Source: Octopus vulgaris
Lineage: Eukaryota
Direction: 5' to 3'
NCBI GenBank assembly: GCA_951406725.2
Contig: OX597823.1
Span: forward strand, 20,832,001-20,896,000
DNA: 64,000 nucleotides
Positions within the stretch are counted from its first letter, which is position 1; each line of letters opens with the position of its first letter. Under the pieces are notes generated by a model that was given only the letters and a program-made list of their open reading frames with translations, searched no databases and was not told the DNA's origin. A program made the translations under genes and the position numbers. Below are positions 1 through 13,834 of the stretch, in pieces.

Positions 1-71
<71 letters not shown>

Positions 72-375
72 GTATGTCTATACGATATATGTATGTATAT
101 ATAATATATATATATAATATATATATATATGTATGAGTAATATATATATGCATGTATAATATATATCTATATATCTATATGTATGTATAATATACATATA
201 TATGTATATTTATGTGTAAATATATGTATATATATATATATATATGTACATATATATATGCATATATATATATTTATATACATATATATATATAAGTATA
301 AACGCATACATACATACATACATACATACATACTTATACAAACATTCAAACAAATATACACACAAGCACACACAT
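1..375. repeat. (TA)n/(TACA)n microsatellite, representative of dozens of (TA)n, (CA)n and (TACA)n tracts in the window
   Basis: Direct reading of the sequence. Confidence 0.97.
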
Positions 376-667
376 ACAGGCACTTGCCGGCCTCGGGGGA
401 TACTAAGCAGTCACTTGCTCCATGTACCACGAACTTCTTAAGCCCTTTGGTCTTTATATGTGTGTGCGTGTGTGTACTTGTTTGTTTGTTTGTGTATGAG
501 TGTGTGTGTGTGTGTGTGTGCGTGTGTGTTTATGTTTATGTGTGTGTACAAGGACACATAGCTGTAATAAAAATCATAATTGAAGCTGCATACAATGACA
601 TAATTGGAAGATAGCTTAAATCGGAATCACGCATAAGCGAAGGGGAAGCTGCACAGTCATATAGACA

Positions 668-721
<54 letters not shown>

Positions 722-1041
722 CATCTCTCTATACACGCACTTACACACACACACACACACACACACAGACACACACAAACGAAATGTTACCATTATATAC
801 ACTCATAATAATATAGAGAGAGACAAACTGGAAACCCTGTGGTATCACTTTTAAGGTAATTACACTGTCGAGATTTGTTAGTTATTTCGAGGCAGCTATG
901 TAATTAAGTGCTAAGTCACGCTATGTGTTTTAAACGGAAGCAGAAGCCCATATACACTAGTATATACATATATACACATTCATACATATGTACTTTTATA
1001 TAGATATACATTTTTTTATTTGTTTCAGTCAGTTGACTGCG

Positions 1042-1138
<97 letters not shown>

Positions 1139-1141
1139 GTA

Positions 1142-1198
<57 letters not shown>

Positions 1199-1222
1199 AT
1201 ATGTATGTATATATATGTATAC

Positions 1223-1252
<30 letters not shown>

Positions 1253-1254
<2 letters not shown>

Positions 1255-1666
1255 AGGCGTAGGTGTGGCTGTATGGTAAGACGCTTGCTTCCCACCCACA
1301 TGGTTCCGGGTTCAGTGCCACTGCGTGGGACCCACAGCAAGTGTCTTCTACTATAGCCTCGGGCCGACCAAAACCTTGTGAGTTGATTTGGTAGACGGAA
1401 ACTGAAAGAAGCCCGTCGTATATATGTATGTGTATATATATGTATTTCTTATTTGTGTCTGTGTTTCCACCACAACCACCACCACCACCACCATCGCTTG
1501 ACAATCCATGCTGGTGTATTTACGTCCCCGTTACTTAACGGTTCGGCAAAAACAGACCGCTATAATAAGTACCAGGCATACAAAGAATAAGTCCTGGTGT
1601 CGATTTGTTCGACAAAAGATGGTGCTTCAGCATGACCACAGTCAAGTGACTGAAGCAAATAAAAGA
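1253..1666 (+). mobile_element. tRNA-derived SINE, group A (CORE-like centre, internal microsatellite, GTAAAAGA tail)
   Basis: A-box-like GTGGCTGTATGGTAAG and B-box-like GGGTTCAGTGCC. The same body recurs at 3414, 4461, 7385, 17670, 24268 and 33315. Confidence 0.88.
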
Positions 1667-1729
1667 ATATATATATATGTACACACACACACACGCACAC
1701 ATAAACATACACACACACATATATATATA

Positions 1730-2124
1730 TCTTTATATATAAAAGTGAGGTTGTGTGCTGTCTGTCTCGTACGATTTAGATTCCTAACTACTTCCACATT
1801 TTGCGGTGCAGTTTAACCAAAACCAGGTATCTTATAGTCGTGATTCATATCGAGCCCTTCTGGGTATTAGCGCGCGTCTACGATGAGTCTACGATTAAAA
1901 CCAAAAATTACCATCAATTTTTCCCATTTTTAATGCATTTTTGGCATATATAAGGGAAGTAACTCTCTAAAATTTATTATTAAATCTCAGAACGTAAAAA
2001 GCTACAGTAACACCCCCCACTTTTTGGTTAGCCATATTGAGATGGCTATTATACTTTACATCTCTAAAAATGCTTATATAGTTATTTCCCTTACAAACCC
2101 GAGCAACGCCGGGCGATGCTGCTA

Positions 2125-2125
<1 letters not shown>
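1730..2125 (+). mobile_element. Non-autonomous Helitron (~396 bp)
   Basis: Starts A|TCTTTATATATAAAAG, has a subterminal hairpin CCCGAGCAACGCCGGG, ends CTAG|T, no TSD. Close copies at 16113 and 16508. Confidence 0.9.
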
Positions 2126-2165
<40 letters not shown>

Positions 2166-2361
2166 TACAATGGTAAACACACACATGCATGACTATATAT
2201 TTGCTCTAAGTTCATTGCTTTCTTTTCTTTACTTGATTTATTGATTTTTCAGAAAGCTTCTTGTAATTCTCCAAACTATCTTGGCTTGCCTCGCCACCAA
2301 ACCCGCACGACCAACTTCCTTTATCATTTCGGCACCAGCACAAAATTTTGTCTCCTCCTCC

Positions 2362-2373
2362 ATCTTCTTCTTC

Positions 2374-2405
<32 letters not shown>

Positions 2406-2690
2406 CTTCTTCTTCTTCTTCTTCTTCTTCTTCTTCTTCTTCTTCTTCTTCATCATCTTTGTTTTTTCTTTTGTTTTCCTTCTTCTTCTTCAGCATCAGC
2501 ATCAGCATCATCTCCTCCTTCTTCTTCTTTTTCTTCTTCTTCATCATCTTCTTTTTCTTTTTCTTTTTTCTTTTGGTTTTCTTCAACATCACCATCTTCA
2601 CCACCATCATCCTCATCTTCTTCTTCACCTTCTTCTTCTTCTTCTTCTTCTTCTTCTTCTTCTTCTTCTTCTTCTTCTTCTTCTTCTTTC
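2362..2690. repeat. (TTC)n / (TCA)n trinucleotide microsatellite
   Basis: Direct reading. Source of the poly-E/K/S/L/F pseudo-ORFs. Confidence 0.95.
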
Positions 2691-3413
2691 CTTCTCTCCT
2701 TCTACCTTTCCCATTTCATCACCTACCAACTACTGTGCTATAGTTATGAGACCAATCAATACCAAACTGGAAGGAACTGAACCAAATCTTGAGATGTCCT
2801 TAGGGTTTTCCTTTCACTGCAACACAAGACATTTTCTATCACAAGAAGGTAACAACACAAAAACTTCCCTCTATCCAACATATTCCATCCTTCTTTCTTC
2901 TTTCTTTTGGCTTCACATTTTCGCTTTCTCTTTTCGTTTATTTTTTTTCTCTGCTTTTATCTATTTCTTTTAGCTATTTCTCATCTCTCACTTTCTCTCT
3001 CTCTCTCTCTCCCTTTCTGTCGTCTCTTTCTTCCGCCCCTCTCTCTCCCTTCCTATTATTTCTCCATTAATTCTTTCCCTGTCTTTCCCCTTACTTTGCT
3101 ATTAAAGTCGATGGCAAAAAGCCAAAGAAAAGTGCTCTGAAGCTTAAAAGACAGATCACCTCATATCTTAGCCTGTCAGATTCTACCACCAGATTTCGAC
3201 TTGTAACTGAATGCTAATTTCATTCGATGTCTTGTGCTAATACTCTAAAACCACAAATCCCAAATGGTGTCAACTTCATCAAAGCCAGATCCGCCAAACT
3301 GAATCATCACAGACTGGGAAATGTTAAAGTGCACCAGTTAGATTTGAACTTGCAAGCCAATGCCGTAAATTATTTCGTTCTTCCCAGACCAGCTTTTGGG
3401 AAAAAGTTCCTAG

Positions 3414-3830
3414 TAGGCGCAGGAGTGGCTATGTGGTAAGTAGCTTGCTAACCAACCACATGGTTCCGGGTTCAGTCCCACTGCGTGGCATCTTGGGCAA
3501 GTGTCTTCTGCTATAGCCCCGGGCCGACCAATGCCTTGTGAGTGGATTTGGTAGACGGAAACTGAAAGAAGCCTGTCGTATATATGTATATGTGTGTGTG
3601 TGTATGTTTGTGTGTCTGTGTTTGTCCCCCTAGCATTGCTTGACAACAGATGCTGGTGTGTTTACGTCCCCGTCACTTAGCGGTTCGGCAAAAGAGACCG
3701 ATAGAATGAGTACTGGGCTTACAAAGAATAAGTCCCGGGGTCGATTTGCTCGACTAAAGGCGGTGCTCGAGCATGACCGCAGTCAAATGACTGAAACAAG
3801 TAAAAGAGTAAAAGAGTAAAAGAGTAAGAG
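3414..3830 (+). mobile_element. SINE group A, full length
   Basis: GGCGCAGGAGTGGCT head, GGTTCAGTCCC B box, (GTAAAAGA)n tail. Confidence 0.92.
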
Positions 3831-4464
3831 TATACATTGCCACATATATTAGATTTAAGTTATATTTACAACATTTAATAAGTATATTATACTTATTTAG
3901 TATATCAAAACCGAAAAACTGGATTATACCAAACATATTGATCAATTTAAATCTAAAAAATATATTTGATATATATGCAATTATCAATGATAACTATAAA
4001 CCTAATGATAGTTATTAAATGTCCATTTTGATGCATGGACACAAGAAAATTCCATTTCTATCTTAGCATTTAAGATACGTCTTCTAGAAAATAGTATCAA
4101 ATACAATTCTTCTAGACAGAGAAAGCAGAAAGAGTTTCCAGGCTTATTAGCAGTTGCCTTGCTTATAATTTCCCACTCAACAGAAAAAAAAATTATTGTC
4201 CTTTAAATCCCAAATAAATTTACTAGGGCTAGTGGAAGAAGACCAGTTTCTATTATTAAAGGTATAAATATTTATAACTTTCTGCGTGGCACCTATATAT
4301 ATGTAACACTTATCCTCAGAAATTAACTCGCAGCTGTAAACAACATTCTTTCGTTTACAGTAATTCTTAAAAAAACATTCACCTCTAACCCTGAAACCGC
4401 AAAAAGTATTTTCTTTATTACTTATATCATTACTCAGTTTCTTAGCATTACAAACTAGACATTT
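3831..4464 (-). pseudogene. Penelope-like element remnant (GIY-YIG endonuclease C-terminus plus 3' non-coding part)
   Basis: Reverse complement of 23624-24267. Encodes YIGATQ...SKFIWDLKDN...VEWEII...CFLCLEE...LNAKIE...SCVH with frameshifts. Confidence 0.8.
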
Positions 4465-4495
4465 GGTAGACGGAAACTGAAAGAAGCCTGTCGTA

Positions 4496-4568
<73 letters not shown>

Positions 4569-4788
4569 GTTTGTGTGTCCGTTTTTTGTCCCCCTAGCAT
4601 TGCTTGACAACCGATGCTGGTGTGTTTACCTCCCCGTAACTTAGCGGTTCGGCAAAAAGAGACCGATAGAATAAGTACTGGGCTTACAAAGAATAAGTCC
4701 CGGGGTCGATTTGCTCGACTTAAGGCGGTGCTCCAGCATGGCCGCAGTCAAATGACTGAAACAAGTAAAAGAGTAAAAGAGTAAAGAG
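4461..4788 (+). mobile_element. SINE group A, 5'-truncated
   Basis: Begins at ATTTGGTAGACGGAAAC and keeps an intact 3' half and tail. Confidence 0.9.
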
Positions 4789-4949
4789 TATGAGATTCTT
4801 ACAAAATGGTGGCAATTACAGTCGCTGAAATAAGACCAGAATAAGCATTGTGTCGTGACGTTTGCAGTATCGAAATCACGGTCAGCTTTTACGTAGAAAA
4901 TAAGTAAATAAATGAAAATAATAATGAAATTATTGTATACAGTGCTCGG

Positions 4950-5225
4950 CGAACCACAACTTGTCAAAAGTACGTATGAAGCATATGCAGTAATGTACAA
5001 ATGTCTGGAAAGTGGACAGTGTAAGAGTCAGATACATGCTTGCGTGTGTATGGAAGGGGAGAAAATCAGGTGTAGTGTTGGCGAATCTCAGGAAGCATGG
5101 AAGTTTTGAAGGACGCAGTGCTGTTTTCTGACTATGCTGTTTTCTGACTTTGTAAACATGACCACGGCTGTTAGACAGGTGGAGTTTGAAAAGGTGTTCA
5201 GGGTTATTGAAATCAATCATCGGTC
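4950..5225 (-). mobile_element. CR1-like LINE 3' end remnant
   Basis: Peptide HLFKLHLSNSRGHVYKVRKQHS resembles the TRGHxxKL motif at the CR1 ORF2 C-terminus, followed by SFKTSML...stop. Confidence 0.5.
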
Positions 5226-5491
5226 TTCACTGATCGTTGACACATTCGCCATTCCACTACGATGCAGAGACATTGCCAAAACTATTGTACCATAAACCTG
5301 AACATTTATATCGGTTCTCATATGTGTTGTCACCCATGTTTAAAACGTATTATTGTAATACGACTCTTCTTCGTCAATTTATATAAATCCATCACTATTA
5401 ATTGTTCAGCCCAGGTAAAAGAAATCGTCCAAAATATCCTAGAGCGTATGCACACTAATAAAGACAAAAAGTTAGGTTGTAGCATTAAATG

Positions 5492-5535
<44 letters not shown>

Positions 5536-5996
5536 CACATAAGGATGGGCATATTAAAAAGGGGGCCGTGGAAAAACTCATTTACCTAAAAGTGTTGGGA
5601 ACCACTGTGAAAAGGTTGGGAACCAGTGTTCTAGACTATCATGTTCAGTCATATCTACCTTCAGTTATTTCTGCCACTTCATTTGATGCCAATTGGTCTT
5701 TTCCCTCCTTGTTTCTTGACTCGTTAAATTACAGAATAAATGAAGTATTCACGGGAGGTTTCTCGTATAAAATTTAAATCACTAATTTCTGCTAAACATT
5801 TTTAGTATAATGCGTAATCATTGCAACTAAATTTTCTGAAAATCTAGATACTGCTCTGTCAATTTTATTTCATTATATCCTCATTTATTTCATTTATAAT
5901 CTCTCTGTCTCTCCCCCCACCTCTATCCCTCTTATGCATGTGCCATAAACACGTACGTAATAAAACGAGCATAAATTACAAGTAATATGTTGCAAT

Positions 5997-6400
5997 AAAA
6001 GGCGGCGAGCTGGGAGAAACGTTAGCACGCCGGGCGAAATGCATAGCCGTATTTCGTCTGCCGTTAAGTTCTGAGTTCAAATTCCGCCGAGGTCGACTTT
6101 GCTTTTCATCTTTTCGGGGTTGATTAAATAAGTACCAGTTACGCACTGGGGTCGTTATAATCGACTTAATCCGTTTGTCTGTCCTTGTCTGTCCTCTCTG
6201 TGTTTAGCTCCTTGTTGGTAGTAGAGAAATAGGCATATCGTCTGCCGCCACGTTCTGAGTTCAAATTCTGCCGAGGTCGACTTTACCTTTCATCCTTTCC
6301 GGGTCGATAAATTAACTGTCAGTTGACCACAGGGCTCGATGTAATTGATTTAGCACGCTCCCGAAATTGCTGGCCTTGTACTATAATATGAAATAAATAT
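5997..6400 (+). mobile_element. tRNA-derived SINE group B (Meta-like central domain), dimeric form; diverged copy follows at ~6415-6630
   Basis: Head GGCGGCGAGCTGG..GTTAG, B box GAGTTCAAATTCC, and GTCGACTTTGCnTTTCATCnTTTCGGGGTnGATnAA domain present twice. Confidence 0.87.
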
Positions 6401-6876
6401 TAAATGGAAGCTAAAAGCAACAAGTTGGCAGAATCTTTAGCACGCCGGTCTAAATGCTCAGCGGCATTTCGTCCGTATTTATCTTCTAAGATCAAATTCC
6501 GCAGAAGTCGAATCTCTTTTTATTCGTTTTAGGTCAATAAATTAACTGCCCATTGATTCCTGGTGTCGATATAATCGATTAACTTCCTTCACTGAAATTA
6601 CTGGCCGTGTGACAAAATTTGAAGTCATTATAACATAACCTGTGTTAATTATTCACGATTTATCTCAACAATGTATTGTTGAAACGATTGTAATTAAGGT
6701 AACAGCAACACCTCCATTCTTGGCATTACTGCATACGCGAACATGTTTCCCTTTGTTTTAATGAGTCCATACGAACGGAAAGAAATCTGTTTACCACACA
6801 GATATTGACATATTCATTTAACTGTAAAGTAGATATGAACGCTTATCTACTAGGATGCGCCTTGTTCAAACGCAAT

Positions 6877-6909
<33 letters not shown>

Positions 6910-7041
6910 TCGCACATAAGTATATATATATATACATATATATATACATATATATATACATATATATATATACATATATATATATATACATATATATATA
7001 CATACATATATATACATATATATATATATACATATATACAT

Positions 7042-7073
<32 letters not shown>

Positions 7074-7075
7074 GC

Positions 7076-7138
<63 letters not shown>

Positions 7139-7384
7139 GACGCACAGAGAGAGAGACACACAATTTTTCACTATTATATTTATACGTTATCAGTGAGGTG
7201 ATTACCTTTGTGACTTTTGTACGTTATCTCTGTATTTATTTTATAGCATCGCACTTATTGTTCTTAGCGTCTAATGGCTATAATATGTACACAAGTACAT
7301 GCGCACATCCAGGCATATGTATATATATATATGTGTGTATACATACATACATATATATATATAGATATTCTTTTATTTTTTAAT

Positions 7385-7717
7385 TTCTTTCAGTCATTTG
7401 ACTGCGACCATGATGGAGCGCCGCCGTTTGTCGAACAAATCGAACCAAGGACTTAATTGTGTGTAAGCCTAGTCCTGATTCTATCGGTCACTTTTGCCGA
7501 AGCACTAGGTCACTGTGACGTAAACGCACCAGCTTCGGTTTTTTTCAAGCGATGTCGGGGAGACAACATAGACACACAAACAAATACACACACATTCCAA
7601 TATATATATATATATATATATCCGACGGGATTCTTTCTGTTTCCGTCAACCAAATCCATTCACAATGCTTTGGTCGGCCCGATGCTATAGTAGAGGACAT
7701 TTGCCTAAGGTACCACG

Positions 7718-7720
<3 letters not shown>
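7385..7720 (-). mobile_element. SINE group A, diverged and 5'-truncated
   Basis: Reverse-complement similarity to 3414-3830. Confidence 0.8.
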
Positions 7721-7761
<41 letters not shown>

Positions 7762-7773
7762 TTATATGTATAT

Positions 7774-8325
7774 ATGGTGGCTGCTCCCTCGTTATCGAGT
7801 ATGGCCATTTTACGAAGCTTAATAAATGTTGTTATCGTGCAATGCCTGTGGAAGAAGATTTTTTTAAAGTAAGGAAAGGCTGTGCACTGAGTCAATCCCA
7901 CTCACTAAGCAACAGCAGGCATAATTCGAAAAGAAGAACAAGTCAACATCATCGATAACCACTGACCCGCAGGTTTTATGTCGGAGTTATCCCAGTTACC
8001 AGTTACCTTCTCCTAGAAGGATGCCTTAACAAAGGCTAGGAGTCCTTCACTCCCAATGGTTTAACCGCGCGATCGGGTATTCAGTCCGATTATTTCTATG
8101 TCCCCGAGCATGTTACAACCTTAAGACATTTATTGGATGGCCTTTGACTCTCAAGAGTTCCTCTGCCCGTTGACGCGTTTTGTTTTTCATCCCGCAGGGT
8201 GTCCAATAAACACCCTCCTCACCAAGCAAGCTTGGTGGTGTTGCCGGTTTAGTCGCCGACGACCCGACCATTCAACAGGTTGTACTAGATTACATGTTAC
8301 CAGTAGCACTCGAAAGTGACCTGAC
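7774..8325 (-). mobile_element. Non-autonomous RTE-derived retroelement (5'UTR-like part plus short 3' end)
   Basis: Second copy at 21610-21982. Minus strand has TTGTTAAGGCATCCTTCTAGGAGAAGGTAACT, resembling RTE 5'UTRs, and ends CTCGATAACGAGGGAGCAGCCACC plus a microsatellite tail. Confidence 0.6.
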
Positions 8326-9644
8326 ATATGTATATATATACATACATAAATACATACATACATAATACATACATAATACATACATGCATATGTGCAAGTA
8401 TGCTTACATAATAGAAATATGTATGTTTGTGCGTATATGTTTATGTTGTGTTTGTATGTATGCGTGTGTGATTGTTAATGTATGTATATGTGTGCGGTGA
8501 TTTTTTGTGTGTAATGTATGTGTCATTAAACGTTTTAAAAACAGTACAAAGCTCGATAGAATTAAACGAGTGAAATAATCTAAATATGAAGCAACAGTTC
8601 ATACTTTCGGAATCTATTTACATATTTCCAGGTTAAAGCTTCTTTAACATGAGAAAATAGTAGACGGAAAGGAACTGGATTATTTTGTAGAAATGTGTTC
8701 AGATGGCTTCCACAGGTGAACACTAGTATTTTAATTAATCAACCTTTGTATACATCGCCTCTCTTACAACTCGATGTGTTCTTTTCTATTAAGGAGGACA
8801 ACTTCTTTAGGCATCAAAATCTCAACAATCTGACCACTACTTTTGGTGCTGCCCCTTGGTGTCTTGGTCGGCATATTTCTGCAGATGCTTTTATCGAGAG
8901 AAGATTTTCTAGCTGTGTTCTTTAATGGGGATTTAAATTTTGCAGAATTTTTTTTTTATAGAAAACTATATTATACAGCACTTAAGCCATCGATGTCGAC
9001 AGAGCTGTTGGTTCGTGTACACATATTGTTACTGCATATATGTGAATTGACAGAGAAAAATTTTCTCCGAGAAAACACGGATTGTGACAGTTTCATTTAT
9101 AGAAATACTCTACTGTAGTTCTCCTGTATGTCAACTGCAAATCTAAACGCTTTGCGGGTGGACTTACACGCATTCTGGTGCTTGGAAAAGTGTACTAATT
9201 AACCATTTTCCATCTGCAGTCTTTGGAACTGTTTTATGTTTGTGATACTGTTCTCTGCGTCGCTGTATCAGTGCTTACGCGATAAATTTATATCAGTACC
9301 TAGGCAGCCATGAACCTGGATCATGTTTTCTTATTCACTGAAGGAATACTTCCGTGCAAGAATATTTCCTGTAAAAGTCCGTTTTGATAGAGCCTTCTGT
9401 GAATTTCCAACTGTGATATTGAACTGAAAACTCAGGTGAGAGAAAGTAGAGCTTTTTGTAGGTGGGGATGTAGAGAGCCAATACCAATATTTCTATTTTT
9501 AAAGGTTATAATGAAGAATCTATCGATGTTGTTGAACTTAACATAGAAAACAGCTTCTAGCTGCCATTCAAATCATTCTAAAAAGATGTTGCTCAGCCTC
9601 GAGTCAACGTCATTTGGACAGACCCATGATCAAAAGGATTGTCA

Positions 9645-9693
<49 letters not shown>

Positions 9694-9695
<2 letters not shown>

Positions 9696-10910
9696 GGGGT
9701 TGGACAAAATAATGGAAACACCTAGCATCATAGCATCATAATTTTTAAATATCTGTCAAGCCGTCAAAAGCTTGTTTATTTTTATGTTTTTGATTTATCA
9801 TTAGTGTTACTTACTATGTTTTGCTAAAGTTGCAGTCGCTTTTCAGAAAAAGGTAATTAAGATGCATTAAAATGACAGATCTATCGGACTTTCAAAGAGG
9901 TCAGATTGTTGATGCCCGCTAGAGTAACGAAAAGAGCCGAAATGCTTGGTGCATCAAGAAGTACTGTCTCGAAAGTAATGACAGCCATTGAAAAACCTCC
10001 ACGTCGAAACAAAATTCCGGAAGAAAACCAAAAAGTTTCAGATAGGGACCGTCGGATTCTTACGAGAATTATTAGAAAGGGTCACAAAGGTACAGCTCCC
10101 AAAATTACTACAGGGTTTAATCACTAACTCGAGAACCCAGTTTCCATGAAAACTGTTCTGCGGGAGGTGCACAAAGCCGGATTTCACGGGAGGGCTGCAA
10201 TCAGAAAATCACTACTTTCAAATCCAAACGTTGACAAGTGTTTAGAGTGGAGTAATAACCTATCGCAGAGGAAGAAAGTTATTTTCTCGGACGAGTTATC
10301 CTTTACCTTATTTACGACCACCAGCCGAGTATACATGTAAAGAGAGCCAAAAGAAGCATTTGACCCAGACTGCCTTTGTCCAACTGTTAAACATAGAGGA
10401 GGATCTGTGATGATCTGGCGGGGTGGAGCTGTATCTTAGAAATCTGCCGGCTTAGTGGTTTCCCTTCATTGCAAAATTAATAGTCAAGAATAATTAAGCA
10501 TTTTATCTCATCAAATGCATCCTATGGTTGCGGAACTGTTTTCCCGGGGAAAACGCAATCTTTCAAGATGATAATGCACCAATTGACACATCTAAATTTG
10601 TTACTGAATGGCACGAGGAACATTCTAGTGAAGTTGAACATCTTATCTGGCCACCAGAGTCTCCAGATCTCAATATCATTGAACAGATATGGTGCATTTT
10701 AGAAAAACAAGTAAGGAGTCGATATCCTCCACCATCATCACTACAAGAACTGGAGACCGTTGTAGGTGAAGAATGGTCAAAAATTCCTTTGGAAACAATA
10801 CAAATTTTGTACGAGTCCATACCTCGTAGAATTCAAGGTGTAAATACTGCCAAAGGCGCTCCTACCCCGTATCAAAATAGATTTGTTTGAAATTTTAAGG
10901 GTTTTCCATG
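9694..10910 (+). mobile_element. Decayed Tc1-like DNA transposon; transposase pseudogene ~9872-10875 with DD36E spacing
   Basis: MTDLSDFQRGQIV start, VIFSDE, PTVKH-GGSVMIW, FQDDNAP and WPPESPDLNIIE motifs with stops and frameshifts. Left TIR (T)AGGGGTTGGACAAAATAATGGAAAC, partial right TIR GGGTTTTCCAT, both ends in (TA)n. Confidence 0.93.
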
Positions 10911-11152
10911 ATATATATATATATATATATATCACGTCTTTCCATGTGTATCTAGTACTACATAATCTAATGTACGCCTTCCTTTATAAGGCAGCACGGT
11001 ATTACATGAGGCATATTTCTACCTGGTCGAACTATCACGCACACGCGCCTTCGTTGGCTTCCGTATTTTAATTTACGTTATGACGCTGTTTATCCTGCTG
11101 CTACCGTGATTATCGTTGTTGTTACTAGAGATATTGCTGTTGTTGTTGTTGC

Positions 11153-11644
11153 CTTCTTCTTCTTCCAATCAGGACTCACGCCATTAGCTACAAAGAATAA
11201 TCTCTTATTCGAGCCTGCTCTAAGCTACTAAGAATGCGTGTGGCAACTTGAAGGTCCACCCAGCACACGCGATAGACTGGCGGTTGCACGGGTGCGAAAG
11301 CTACGTTGTTATCCTCATTCCGTAAACGGTGGCTTTTGACGGGTGGAGAACTGAACCATCCTGGGGTACAGAGGATTCGCAATCTAGACTAGGGTCTGAA
11401 TGTTTACCACACCATAGTGGGTTACACCATGGTTCCTCTGCTTTGTGGCAGAAGTAGGAAGAAAGAGTGAGAGAAAGTTGTGGTGAAAGAGTACAGAGGC
11501 GTTCACCACTACCTCCCGCCGGAACCTCGTGGAGCTTAGGTGTTTTTTTGCTCCATAAACACACTATACCCGGTCTGGGAATCAAAACCGCGTTCTTACC
11601 ACCACGAGTCCGCTGTCCTAACCACTGGGCCATTGCGCCTCCAC
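11153..11644 (-). mobile_element. tRNA(Arg-like)-headed SINE group C, tail type 1 ending in (GAA)n
   Basis: Reverse complement of the GGAGGCGCAATGGCCCAGTGGTTAGG head. TTGTTGTTACTAGAG repeated on both flanks. Confidence 0.8.
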
Positions 11645-13016
11645 ATGTTGTTATTGTTGTTGTTACTAGAGGTGTTGTTTATCTCCAGATTAACATCGAT
11701 TAAGCAGACAAGAAAAGCCAAAACAAAAAATTTTAATGTGTTATGCTAAAACTGAGATTGCGATTCGTGGGAGATTTGGCTTCTATTTCATGTAATAATT
11801 TAGAGAAACTATTAATCTATGTTGTTGTTGTTATAATTGTTACGATTGTCTTTGTTTTTATTTAAATATACTTTCTGTGACATAGTTGTAACCGATTTTA
11901 GCGTCTCACTGTAAATCCTGACTTTACTAGGTCATATAACTTCATAATATTGTGATGTTGCTTCCTTATGTCGTGGTGATGTTTGATAATGCTGCCGTGA
12001 AGTTTGTTAGGGTTATAATGTAGCTTATAATGCTGCTGAGATTGATAATGTTATGACATGATTGATAATGCGATGTCGTTTAATAATAACGGGATGTAGC
12101 CAGATAATGCTGTCAAAGACGGTGTTTCTGTGATTCTTACCAATATTGCGAATGTTGTTGCTGTTGTTGTTGTTGTGTTTATTATTCCTGTGTTTGCTGT
12201 TACCTGGATTGTTGTTGCTACAGTTGACGTTGTTTCTGAGCTTATTTTTGAACTCGTTCTTATGATTGGGGTTGTTTTTACAATTCTGTTTTTATTATTG
12301 CGATAGTTAATAATATTGTTGCTATTGTGGCTGTTGTTATGTCGCTTGTTGTTCTTATTTGAGATGCAGTAAACATTATTATTGTTATTATTGCACTTGA
12401 TTTGCAGAAACTAATTGTGGCTGCTTTCGTATTTAGTGTAGCCCGTACGTCACCGTATTCATTGTTAAACAGCCGTCGCCATTTTGAAGTTGTGTTAATA
12501 TTTTCGTTGCTGTTGTTTTTAATATTCTCATCTTGTATTTCCTATTGTCCTCTTACCATGTTTGTTACAGCCACTTCCGTTCTGGTTGTTCTATGTCTTC
12601 TTGTTGCGGTTTTTTTCTATGAATGCTGCTGACATTGTCATTATTTTTTGTTAATGTTTCATAATTATTTTTTATTCGTTTTCTGTGATATTGTTATTAA
12701 TGCGGCTTTTGCAGGAGATTTCATACTTCGTTGTTCTCATTGTGGCTATTTGTGTAGTTGCTATTTTTTTCTTTTGTAATAGACGGTGTTAGTAAAGTGG
12801 GTAAAGAAATGAAGCTATTAAAACTTTACCATCTCAAAAACCACCGCCATTTTTCGTGACCTTCTCCACTATCTCCAAGCATACTGCCCCAGCCCATGCT
12901 CCTGCAATTATGCCTTGTACTAGTGTCACCAGGATCGCAACCAATACCATACTACAATCGCTACGTCGTTAACACCATAGCCGTCTCTCATTACCACCAA
13001 ACTACCAATACGTCTT

Positions 13017-13243
13017 TATTTACTACCAACAAGGTGCCAAACACAGAGAGGACAAACAAGGACAGACAAAGGGATTAAGTTGATTATATCGACCCCAGTG
13101 CGTAACTGGTACTTATTTAATCAACCCCGAAAGGATGAAAGGCAAAGTCGACCTCGGCGGAATTTTAACTCAGAACGTAGCTGTAGACGAAACACTGCTA
13201 AACATTTCACCCGGCGTGCTAACGATTCTGCCAGCTCGCCGCC
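13017..13243 (-). mobile_element. SINE group B monomer
   Basis: Reverse complement of 5997-6230. Confidence 0.88.
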
Positions 13244-13834
13244 CTAACCGCCCTAACCGCCCAAACCACCAATACCATCACCATTACACTCATTAGCCAC
13301 CTCCAGCAACACTTCCACTATCATCCTCATAGTTAACATTGTAATATTAACAACCAAAAAAGCTCCAACTACAATAATCGTAATAATATTTTCAAATTTT
13401 GTTGCAAGACCAGTACATATACGAAGTGGGGTAAGTCAATGATATTGACCCCCCAGTGATAAAGTGACAGTTATTTTATGATGAAAGGCGTAGTTGACTT
13501 CGACGAGATTTGAACTTAGAACGGTAAAGCCAGAAGAAATTCCGCTGCGCGTCTTGTCCCCCGTGCTAATGATTTTGCTATCTCAATGCTCTTACAATGA
13601 TAACCGTAGTAATAATTCCTTCTTACATCGACTGATGTCTTCTCGACTATCAATATAGAACCACGCATAGAATGTGCAAATCCACCACACAGCGGCATTA
13701 CTATGAAAACTAAGCGAAGCAAACATCACATATCGCTTCATAATGTTGTGATGTTGCTTCATAATGTCGTAGTAATGTTTGATAATGCTGCCGTGAAGTT
13801 TGTTAGGGTTATAATGTAGCTTAATAATGCTGAG

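Noticed and set aside
5560-5636. hAT-like terminus (AAAAGGTTGGGAACCAnTG, twice)
   Set aside because: No partner TIR or TSD found; too short to call an element.
8640-9600. Microsatellite-free stretch with short ORFs
   Set aside because: No recognisable motif in the frames examined and frequent stops; left unassigned.
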